A stretch of 64,000 nucleotides of DNA from the human T2T-CHM13v2.0 reference genome, Homo sapiens. The stretch is taken from NCBI RefSeq assembly GCF_009914755.1, contig NC_060925.1; one strand, given 5' to 3'. Each line of letters begins with the position of its first letter. Position 1 is the first letter of the stretch. The notes beneath the pieces were generated by a model. It had not been told where the DNA came from. It worked only from the letters and a program-made list of their open reading frames with translations, and made no database searches. Below are positions 52,776 through 64,000 of the stretch, piece after piece. Made by a program: the position numbers and the translations under genes.

Positions 52776-53549
52776 CTATGGTTACACCACACAGTAATGA
52801 CAAGTTTAGAATTTCAGCACAAGGTCGGGGCCACAAAAGTACCTGTTCCTAGTTATTATGCTAATTACGCTGCTAATTATCACTAAAAAGCATGATGTGG
52901 CCAAACGAGCATAGGATGAAAAGTTTCTGCCTTGCTGCCAAATATTTTGGTGTGCTATGAAGAAAGGTGGAAGACAGAATCCCTTGCAATACACTTTGAC
53001 GGCAGCGTATAGGACAAAGGCAGCAGCCTTCAGGCAATCAAGCGTGAGCCTCTCAAGTGGCATTCGCTTTGAGAAGGTGTGAAATGAAAGCACATATTGG
53101 AAAAGCATGCCTGGGTGACCGTTGGGGCACCCTGACTTCCATCTGGGCCATTACCAGAGCAGACCCAATACAAAGCAGCTTCATAAGTCCCCTGTCCAGA
53201 GGATTCCACATTCATGATAACCATGAGGACTGTCCTTCACTTGAAATGTTCAGCCTCCTTAACGATGGCAACCTTTCAGACAGTGGAAATGAAAGGTAGA
53301 ATAATATAAAGTTTACTCTAGGGAAACTACCAAATTATACTTATAAGGCTTACATTAAATTAGCACACACAGGCATACATACTTGTAGAGTTAGATTTTG
53401 GAATAATTATAAAGCAGTAAAACCTAAGTAGAAAAAGCCTCAATAAGCTATCCTCCACTGATTTGGAGTAAGCTGTTCAAAAATCACCTTGTAAAATGCA
53501 GAGTTGGAAACTAGGGCAGCTTGCATTAACTTAAAAAATTACGCATGCT

Positions 53550-53660
53550 CTAAATGACGAGTTAATGGGTGCAGCACACCAACATGGCACGTGTATACAT
53601 ATGTAAATAACCTGCACGTTGTGCACATGTACCCTAAAACTTAAAGTATAATAAAAAAAA
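53550..53660 (+). mobile_element. 5'-truncated young L1PA 3' end (about 110 bp)
   Basis: taaatgacgagttaatgggtgcagcacaccaacatggcac...taaaacttaaagtataataaaa. TSD aaaaaattac(g/a)catgct at 53533-53549 and 53655-53671. Confidence 0.92.
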
Positions 53661-54429
53661 TTACACATGCTTCTATGCTCAGATTTAGGAATATATTTTC
53701 CCTTTCAAAGATTTTGTTAAGCCTAATCCATGAATGTGAAAATAAAAATATGGATTATCAATGATGAATGAGTACAGCTTTCTTAAATTTAAATAAGCAA
53801 TGGCAAAGATCACATTTAGAATTCAACAGAAAGAATTCAGCAGCTCCCTGTCCTTTTTAAAATAATGTAGCTAAAAGAACACCAGAACTCAACGATTTAA
53901 AAATACAGTGTTATTAACAAGAGTGACAGAGATTTAGTCTTATTTCAATTAAGATTTTGACTTTAATGAATAAAATTTAGTCACTAGTAAAGGCCAATTA
54001 AATGTCTACCAATTGTTCAATGCTTTGTGGGATCGTAACCCAAATGACCTAAAGATGCCCAGCCAGGGCTTATTAGGTCCCTGTGGCTATTGGTTATTCA
54101 CTAATATGGGTAAGGCTCTGTCTAATTGGCTCACTTACTTGCTATATAGTGCTAATGAGGGAAAGTTGGGGTCACTTTTAAACTGGGTGTCTGAGACAGT
54201 CACTCAGCAAATGTATGACTTGAGTCACAAGGGGAGCAGATGAGTGGATGCAGAGGGCTGAGCACTGTCACTGTGACCAAGAGTTCACCCCAAGAGCATG
54301 CTTTGTATTGCCTTTATAAACAAAAAGTAACAGAAAGGAAACAATATGGATAAAAAGATAGGGAAATCTAGAAATTTAATTTTAAAATCTCATGGGGAGA
54401 AAAATCTGAAGATCTATTTCTCTATCTGA

Positions 54430-54800
54430 TTTGAATGTCCCTCAAGAATCATTCGTTTAAACGTAATTCCCACTGTGGCAGTATTAAGTGGTGGGGTCTT
54501 TGGAAAGTGACTGAGTCACGAATGTATTGGTGTCTTGTAGCGGGGGTTGAAAGGAACAAACTTAGATTCTTTTGTGCCCTTCTGTCTTATCCGCCACGTG
54601 AGGACACAGCGTTTGTTCCCTCTGGGGGATGCAGTAACAAGGCGCCATCTTGGAAGCACAGAGCAGCTCTCAGCAGACACTGAACCTGCTGGTGCCTTGA
54701 TCTTAAACTTCCAGACCCCAGAACTGTGAAAAAATAAGTGGCTGTTCTTTATAAATTGCCCAGTCTCAGTTATTACAGCAGCACAAATGAACTAAGACTA
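54430..54800 (+). mobile_element. MST/MLT1A-type MaLR LTR
   Basis: gccatcttggaagca...cagacactgaacctgctggtgccttgatctt...gaactaagac. Confidence 0.8.
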
Positions 54801-54802
54801 TC

Positions 54803-54852
<50 letters not shown>

Positions 54853-55093
54853 TAATATCTATCTTTCTATGTATCTGTCATCTATTTCTTTCTTTCTGTG
54901 TATCTGCCATCTATCTTCCTATCTTCTTTCTTTTCTCTCCCTCTTCTTTCTCTTTCTTTTTTCATCTATCTATCTATCTATCTATCTAATCTATCTCTAC
55001 CTACTGTCTTCTATCTATATCTATCTACCTACCTACCTACCTTCTTTCTATCATCTATCTATCTATCATCTATCTATATCTACCTACCTACCT

Positions 55094-55139
<46 letters not shown>

Positions 55140-55220
55140 ATTTATCTATATCTTTCTATCTGTCATCTAACTATCTACCTACCTATCTACCTACCTTCTA
55201 TCTATGTATCTACTATCTAT
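54800..55220. repeat. Complex (TATC)n/(TACC)n tetranucleotide repeat region
   Basis: Directly visible, with several pure TATC runs. Confidence 0.95.
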
Positions 55221-55589
55221 ATGAAGAATCCCAAAAAGGAAAGAAAATTCTTGACACATGAATGCTCTGGCAAAACAAAACAAAACCTTGTAAAAAAAAG
55301 TTTTGTTATCAGCTCCTTAAAGTTATCACAAAACATATATAGGTGGCACAGACTAAGCTCTATGTTTAATCACTTATAGGTCTGTGTGCAGGAGAGAAGG
55401 GAGGGGGAAGAAAATACATGTTTGATTCCAACAGACTGAAAGCTTGCAACACCAGCTGAGCAGGACTGTGTTAACACCCCAAGCCCACAGTGTGCTGGAC
55501 CATCAGGAGAAAGAGGCACAGCCTGGAGGTCCCCAAGCTCTAGGATGAATTTCTTTCTGTGGTTGTGTAATTGGGCTGATCACTGGCAA

Positions 55590-55830
55590 TAAGGAGCGAT
55601 CTACCGTACAACATGGTGATAACAGTTAATAACAACGTACAAGATTATATTCTTGAAAATTGCTAAGGAAGTAGATTTCAAGTGCTCTCACCACAAAAAA
55701 TAAGTATATGAAATAATGCATTTGTTAATTAGCTCAATGTACCCATCCCACAATGTATACAGATTTCAAAACATGTTGCACATGATAAATATATGTGACT
55801 TACTTTTCAGATAAAATCAATTTAAAAGAT
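55590..55830 (+). mobile_element. L1MA-type 3' end
   Basis: tcttgaaaattgctaag...gtagattt...ctctcaccacaaaaaataagtat...gttaattagct. Confidence 0.75.
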
Positions 55831-57216
55831 TTATTTTTTTTTTAAAGACCAAACAGCACCTAGTGACAGAGTTTAGCCCATAAGTGAAACTGGTTGTTTG
55901 TACGGTCACTCTCTCTTAGCAGATAATGTCAGTGGGAACAAACGCCTGGGCCTTTTCATGCCTGTCACGTTTACCACTGCGTGTTTGCTATCCCTCTTCT
56001 TTTTAGAACCAAGCTCTCATGATTAGCCCCTCTTTTTTCACTTGGGTTGCGATTCATCACGCTGCATAGCTAGGAATATGATTTCTGATATCTTTCTTGT
56101 CTATCCCAGGAGACTGTCTCTTCTCCAGTGTATTTCAGGTTTCTGGTTTCATTGTATTGTTTTCCTATAGAAATTGCATATAAAAACCGATTTGAATAAC
56201 TTCCTTCCTGTTTCAGGTAATAGAGCAGTTTTTGCTTATATTTTTGGATAGGCACACTTCCTATCACTGAATGCTCTAGCCATCAAGGGGGTCTGTAAAG
56301 ACCCCCACATTTCTTAAAAACCAGCACAGCCTGAATTCTCCGAATTTCCATCCACTGAGTATGGTCACTGCACTATAAAGAAGCCCTGTTGCAAGAGGTT
56401 TAGTTTAGAATCTACCTCTCTCAGTGTGGTATGAGGAATGGTCATTTTAACTTAATTAACTTATTAAAGTTTAAAGTTTCTAAGTTGAATTTTCTAGTTT
56501 ATTACTAAATATTTTAAAATAACACTTATTACTCTAAGTCATTGATTCTGAAACATTTAGTCTTCACATTTTAACATCTCTGACATTGCAATGCATCTTA
56601 CGATTGCTACAGACCAAGTGACAAGTTGTGACAAAGTTGTCACTGCATTATTCCTGGTGGCATGACAGAGCTCTTAAAGTTTCCCAATATTCAGTCAACA
56701 AACCATTTAAGGACCCTTTGAGGAAAGAATACAAGATCTGGTTATTGTCTGAATATCTTGCTTTGACATATTCTGGTAAGCTTCAAAAACAAGCTTCTGA
56801 TTAGAGACAACAGTAATGCATTCTGTTTCTTAAAGCTACATAGCACCGTTGACACTCTTGGTGGTACAGAGACAATGCTGGGTGGAAAGCATGGGCATCA
56901 ACCACTGTTGCAAAAAGTGATTCAGAAACATTGGACTCTGTGTAGATGTTTTAGGAATTTCTTGATCACTTGATTTCACTTATTGCTTGGTTTTCTCTAC
57001 CAAACTCTGAACTCTTTGAAGTTAGGGGAAGGCTCATGTCTTAGTCATCTTCCTCTCTTTAAAGCCCAAGTTGTTGGCACATGACAGATAGTCAAGAAGC
57101 AATTGTTGGATTAAATATTAATGAACAATGGAGAAAAAGTAGATGGTAAGATCAACCAGGGTAAAGAGATGAAGGTGAAAGGGAAAATACTATGTGTAAG
57201 GCTTAAAAATGGACTT

Positions 57217-57392
57217 GGTCAGGCATGGTGGCACATGCCTCTAGTCCCAGCTACTGGGGAGGCTGAGGTGGGAGCACCACTTGATCCCAGGAGTTCAAAG
57301 CTGCAGTGAGCTATTATAGTGCCAGTGTACTACAGCCTGGGTGATGGAGCAAGACATCACCCCTCTCTCTCTCTCTCTCTCAAAAAAAATAA
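57217..57392 (+). mobile_element. Alu right-arm monomer (FRAM/AluJ-like)
   Basis: ggcatggtggcacatgcctctagtcccagctact...cagcctgggtga. Confidence 0.85.
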
Positions 57393-58121
57393 ATTAATTT
57401 TAAAAAGGATGAAAAAGAGCTTGTAAATTGACAAGGGAAACACATAAGGGTATTTCAGGCACAGGGAAAACAATATTTTGAGAAACACAGCCCTGAAAAA
57501 GTAGGTTGTATTTGGGAAATCACAATTAGCTTTCAGATACTTCAAAACTCAATTATAGTAAATAATAAGAATGAGACTGAAACGAGATATTTCAGATCCT
57601 AAATGGTTTCAAATGCCTTATTATTATTTTATTTTATTTTTTAAAGAAAATGTGAACTTAACTTCTAGGTCACTGATTCTAAATCTTCTATGACACTTAT
57701 TTCACTCATCATTTTATCATCCAACCATGAACAAATAAAAGCCTGCTTTTTTTTTTCAAAAGGAAATTGATATTTTCTGACTTTATTTTATTTTTAATTG
57801 TTGCTAGGCTACAGAGGCATTAAATATTGTAGTCATATTATAGAAAGTACAATGAATTGTTATGGTTTTGGTGGACAAATAATTCTTAATTTTCAATTTA
57901 ATTGCAACAGTAACTATAACATACAAGAATTAAAAGTACAGTGGTATCCTTGAGGGATATTTTGCTTAGGACTAGAATATACAACCAGAGATAAAAATTG
58001 TGTTAGTAATATAAAAATTCAATAATATGACTGGGCTATTACTAGATTTGGTGAGAAGTAGGATATCAAAGGCATTTGCTGGGAGGCATGAGCAGAGAAA
58101 ACGGGACTTAAGAGAATTGTT

Positions 58122-58523
<402 letters not shown>

Positions 58524-58719
58524 TCATTTAGCTTGTTTGTGAAGTCTACCGATTAAGATCATGTATCAGACAATGAGAAGCTATTTCACTTACACTCCAC
58601 TTTCAGCTTTTAGACTTATAAGGGTTGACAAAATGCAAAAACAAAAATGAAAAGCTGTATGAAAGCAATGGAAAGCCTTGATATTTATAAAACAAATTTA
58701 TTTAAATAAATTTTTGTAA

Positions 58720-60510
58720 AGTAACTTTCTAAAAATACCAAATGACTGAAATCATACCAAGTATATTCTATGAACATACATAATGAAAATAACAAAGGAT
58801 AAATAGAACAATCTCCAAACGTTTGAAAATTAAGGATTACATTTCTAAATAGGCCACAGTACAGAGTAGACTGCAGTAGAAATCAGAAAACTTTCTGGAC
58901 AGAAAACTAATTTAGAAATTTATGTCATATTAAAAATAGATGCAGCTAAAGCAGTAGTAAGAGGAAATATTGTAGCTTTGCTATAGGCATGAAGTAAAAG
59001 ATTCAATATTGTCCATGTCAATTTTCACCAAGTTTATCTACAGAGTCAGTGTAATTCTAATACAATTTCAGTAGTTTTATGATAAGACGGTTCTAAAATT
59101 TGTTTCAAAACCTGAAGGTCCAAGAATAACTAAGGCAGTTCTAAAAGTGAAAAACAAAGATGAAAGTTCCACCATCTGTAACACATATTATAAAGGCAAG
59201 GTAAACAGTATGGCATTGGTCCTGGGATAAACAAGTAGACTGAGAAAATACGGTAAAGAATTCAAAGACAGAACTAAAATACAGTCACCTAATTTTTAAC
59301 AATGATGCCTCGAACATGCAGTGAAGAAACTTTTTTAAACGAACGACCCTCCGTAAGTATAAAAATGAACCTTTACTGCTACTTCATACCATAAGCAGAA
59401 ATAAAGTCCAAACTTAACACAGACTTAAATCTGAACAGCAAAATAATATAGTATCTAGAACACAACAAACAAGAAAATCTCCATGACCTTGTGATGATAA
59501 ATAGTTTGTATACAGGATGCAGTAAGCATCAACAATAAGGGAGTAATTAATAAATCAGATTTCATTAAAACTAAGAATTTCCATTTATGTAAACACATCC
59601 TTGGAAGAGTGAAAAGATAAGCCTCAAATGGATGAAGATATATGAAATACATATATCCAACAAAGGATTCAAATCTAGCCTAATAATCAATAGGAATGGG
59701 CCAATTAAAACAACAATAACACTGGGCAAAATACTTGCAGAGGCACCTTCTCCAAGAGAATATGGAAATGGTCAATAAGCATATGAGAAGATGCTCAATA
59801 TAATTTGCCATCAGAGAAATGAATATTAAAGATACAACATGATACGTATCCACCGGAATGGCTAAAATAAAACAAGGTGCCAAATTTTGCAAGGATGTGG
59901 AGCAAACAGAACATTAACATAGTGTTTGTGAGAGTGTGAATTAGTACAACCACTTAGAAAACTGACTGGCCGTATCTATCGAAATCGAACACATATATAG
60001 CCTATTATGTCAGCAATCCCAATCCTAAGTTCATACTGAACAGAAATGTATATGTGTAGGCATCTGAAAGACATGTACAAGAATGCTCATAGCAGCATTA
60101 TATGTAATAACCCAAACTAGGAAAAACCCAAACATCTATCAGTAGAACAGATCCACTGTATTATATTCATAAAATGGAATACTATACAACAATGTAAAAT
60201 AAACCACTGCTGTATCCAACATGTATTGGTCTTATAAACATAAAACTCAGCCAAAGAATCCAGATATAGAATTCTGTGATTCTATTTATATAAAGCTCAA
60301 AGAAAGATAAAGGTAATCTATGGTAGAGGTCGAAATAGTGGTTCCCTCTGCGGAGGGCACTGACTGCAAGAGGGACTGAGAAGGCTTTCTGAGATGTCTG
60401 CAACGTTCTACATCTTGACCCGTGACGGTTTTATGTGGATGTGTTTACTTTGTGAAATTCATTGAGCTATATATTTAATACTTGTGCCTTTTATTGCATG
60501 CATGATATTC
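58720..60510 (+). mobile_element. Old L1 (L1M) ORF2 3' part and 3' UTR, degenerate
   Basis: aagcatatgagaagatgctcaa...aaggatgtggagcaa...caagaatgctcatagcagcatta...tggaatactatac, with an A-rich plus strand. Confidence 0.8.
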
Positions 60511-63391
60511 CTCAGGCATCCTCACACCTGCATGCAATTTGGGGGAACACGTAAGGTGATAATAACCATGTGGTGGAAGATCTCTTTGGTAGCTGTGTGG
60601 AAGATCAGATGGTGAAAGAGGAAAGGTGACAAAGGCTTAAGCAAAGTATTAAGAGACCTGAAATAAGGCAGGTATGTGAGGAGGAAATGTGGTATCTAGA
60701 AGAAAGACGGGGGGATAGAGTCTATAGACCATGGCTCATTAGATGTGGCGTACGAGAGCGTGGAGTTGAGTTTCTAACATGAGTGACTGAGCACATGGAA
60801 ATTCAGGTATAGGGACAGATGCTGTGTTGGTGCAGGGAGGGAAAGAAAGCATGTGAGCTGAGTCAACATGTTGCATTTGAGATGTTTATATGAGGGATAC
60901 AGGTGGAGATGGTTAGGAAGTGAAATTAAGAAAACTGATTAATAAAACCCATTTTGAATTTACAGGGACCCTTGTGTAAAATTAAATCCCTCCCTGGGTG
61001 CAAGGACTTCATGAGGGCTAGGTTTCAAAAGCACCTCACCTCCAAGCCACAGTTTGAGACCTTGGAGAGATGGTTTATCTTTCTGACTTCTGAGTCAAGG
61101 AGAGAGGCAAAGCATGGGGAGCAAAAGGAACAGGAATGACCTGCACACCACCCGTCAGAAGGGCCTTGGCCAGCTGTCTCACTTCTCCAGCCTGCCTGGC
61201 CTTTTTCTGGGCCTCCTTACACCTGCACTAAATCTTTGTCATTTACTGGGAAGCCCTACTTTTATTCTTTTTCACAATATATTTGATTAGTTTCTATATT
61301 CAGTAACTCTTGCAGCTGAAATTGCTCATGGCTTATTTTATATTTACCTATTTTTTTCGTGGGATATTTCTGGAAAAAACTTTCTAGAATTTTGCTAAAA
61401 GACTAGAATCCCTCCCCTGCAAAAAGATAACCCTTAAGCAAGATATTCAATCACAGATTTAAAATAGTCTCATAAAAATTATTTCTAAAATGCACTGTGA
61501 TCATTTAATATATGTCTACCAAAGGATGAGAGTAGAGAAATACAATAACTGTATTCTAAAGACTTATACATGTTCTACATACAGTATACACATCATGTGC
61601 ATCCCTAAGAGCCAGAGAGGCCTACCATCACTACCTAGAAAATAGCTATGAGAAATTAGGGTCCTGTTCATTGCTTTACTCCTATGAAGGAAAATCATTT
61701 GTTTTCGTGTTTTGATAAGAAGTCTTATTATATTTCAACAGAATCTAAGTTGTAGTAGTATCTACATATGCTTGGAAATTCAAACACTTCTTTTTCTGTG
61801 AGATGCAATTACTATAATGAAATTTTAACATATAGTTCACAATAGAAATGTAAACCAGGCCTTTATTCGTGCATTTGTCAATCACTATTTGCTGTTTACA
61901 GTAGCAAATATTCAGCAACTCCAAAGAAAATCTGTTAGGCTTCCTAATATCCCCAAGCTTTAACTTTTGGTTGAGTTTACAAGCTTTAGCATGGGCTATG
62001 GCAAGAAAGAGAGCTGTGGATGTCTCGGGCTCCCTCCTTCTCTTCCTAACACATCAGCTTTTTATCCTGCCAGGATAATCAAACCCAAAGAGATGCTAGG
62101 AAACTCCATAAGGAAAATCATCTGCAAATACAGGACCCTCGGTTAACCAAAAGTAATCAATTCCTCAGAAAAAAAAAAAGTGTTCTCTAACAAATTATCA
62201 GATAGTGAGAACCCAATTTTACATTTTTAAAAAATAGGAAAAGTAAGAATACATTTCTAAGCCACGTTGATTGTATCTGTCAATCCACTGAACTGGGCAC
62301 TTACAAGTTTTTCAAAGACATTCTGCTGCACCCAAGTAGCACAGCACAGCTTTTCAAACATACGATTATCTCATGTTTTATTTTCCTGTGCATAGAAAAC
62401 ATGTGCATGGTGGTAGGTACATGTGCATGGCCAAGCTTACGTCTTCTATGTGGTAATGACTTTCAATATGCTTTATCACTTCCAATTTTTCTTCTTCAGG
62501 AGGAAGGGCCGCTGGGGCTCACTTATTTGATTCCTGTTCTGTTCCATTCTTAGAAGGAATTGCCACTTAAAAATGTGGGGAAGACGACAAGCAAAAAAGG
62601 CACAGTATGTTTAAACAGCACAAACATGAGCTGTAACGCCATCAGGTGGAACATGAATGACTCACTGAGGTCAGTGCCCTGTCCTCTTCTAGGGACGTCC
62701 GGCAGCTTGAACATTTTCACTGGCTCAAACACGCCTTTTCCTTTTAGAGGCTTACAGTTTGGATAATAAATTCCAGGGAACAATTTTTACAAAACAGTAA
62801 AAACTATTTGGATGTGAGAGCTCAATTCGGTTGACATTATAGCAAAATAAAAAAAAGTTATTTTGGAATTATCTTCAGTCTTCATGAGATTGTGAGAAAA
62901 ACTGCAAAGTGGCTATATAAATGGTGTTCTCCTGTGGAATTGTCTTTAAACTCATGAATCAGGCAATGTTTCATAGACTCCAGGACCTGACTATATTATT
63001 TTTTAAATATATAGCGTGAAAAGGATTTTCATTTGGCAGGCAAGTGAAAAGTAGAGATCCAGTGTCTATTCTGACGCGAAGTGGTTCTTCTCTGTAATCA
63101 CACCGTTGAAGTGTTCAGAAAGGGTAAGATTCTTCTTTCCAGTTAATCATCATTTATTGACCAGTAGATTATTTTGCTTACACTAATATGCAACTGTTTT
63201 TTTAAATCCCAATATATTAATTAGTTCCTCCACTCAAAAACTTTAATCGAGTTATTTTTCAAAGATGTAAATGTACTATGTACTAAGTGAAATGTACTAA
63301 CCATAAAGAAATTATATATTATTTTAAGTGAAATTAAAGGTATCTTAACAGAACACCCAGCGGTAGAATAGCATATCAACCTTGGTCTTAC

Positions 63392-63503
63392 CCTTTAATT
63401 TCAAGGCTTCTAATACCTTTGAATCAGCTGTTACATCACTCACTAGCTTGATTTCAATATTTTGCGAAGTCAGCTGGAGCAACTTTTCAAAAAGACGTTG
63501 ACC
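63392..63503 (-). CDS. PLD5: PLD5 internal coding exon (112 nt, phase 0 to phase 1): GQRLFEKLLQLTSQNIEIKLVSDVTADSKVLEALKLK-G
   Basis: Minus-strand acceptor tttttccag|GGTCAA and donor AAGG|gtaaga. Open frame of 37 codons plus 1 nt that joins in frame (G|GA) to the exon at 18218. The peptide resembles PLD3/4/5 sequence preceding the first HKD motif. Not in the ORF track. Confidence 0.93.
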
Positions 63504-64000
63504 CTGGAAAAAATATTCAGAGACAAAGAAAGTCAGAAAACCTAAATGTTTACCAATTTAGACAGGTAAAAATAAACTCATTAAAATTAATCTATTCGTT
63601 CAAATGTTAAAAAGTCAAGCATTTCAACAACTGGTATTCAGATTTATGAAATTCTTTCAAAAGAGTTTATATCAATAGAGTAGTAGCATGAACACAGATT
63701 GCACTTTTTGGGGGGTATTGTGCAATTGAACAATTATTGCAATAAGAATTCCAATGCTACAATGCAAATCTACCCTTTTCTGCTTTTTGAATCTGTTATC
63801 TACACATGAAGAGGCAGCAAAGAAGATTAAGCAGTTGTGTTTTGGCCCAAAGAGACCTGGATTCCAGCTGGTTTTCCAATTTAAAAGCTGTTTCTTAATC
63901 TCACTAATCTCCAGTTTCTTCCTCTGCAAAATGCAGATAATATTTATATTTACTTCAAAAGGTTTTTGTGAGATTAAAGAAGTTAATAGTAAGCATTCTT

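Noticed and set aside
54738-55261. ORFs rich in SIYL repeats
   Set aside because: They are translations of the TATC repeat.
62397-62430. acatgtgcatgg repeated twice, resembling p53 half-sites
   Set aside because: The half-sites are mismatched and widely spaced, so chance or a small duplication is sufficient.

Overview
This is primate, almost certainly human, genomic DNA from inside the PLD5 gene (inactive phospholipase D5), which runs on the minus strand. Only two coding exons are present: 63392-63503 (112 nt) and 18091-18218 (128 nt, carrying the degenerate first HKD motif). They are separated by a 45,173-nt intron and splice in frame. The rest is intronic and rich in transposons. The most structured region is 7450-16542, a near full-length Tigger1 DNA transposon split by four later insertions, each with a visible target-site duplication (TSD): an Alu, a solo HERV-H LTR7 with a four-copy U3 repeat, a 5.6-kb HERV-K(HML-5)/LTR22-type provirus, and a second Alu. 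The provirus has LTRs whose 3' halves disagree, a GC-rich segment in place of the gag-pro middle, a deleted env and its own Alu insertion. Other notable items are a 7-copy 92/96-bp tandem repeat born inside an old L1, a tiny L1 with an apparent 3' transduction, and several small templated duplications. I see no evidence of a new protein-coding system. Most ORFs in the track are Alu, L1 or microsatellite artefacts. Repeat family names come from recalled consensus sequences, not from a database search.
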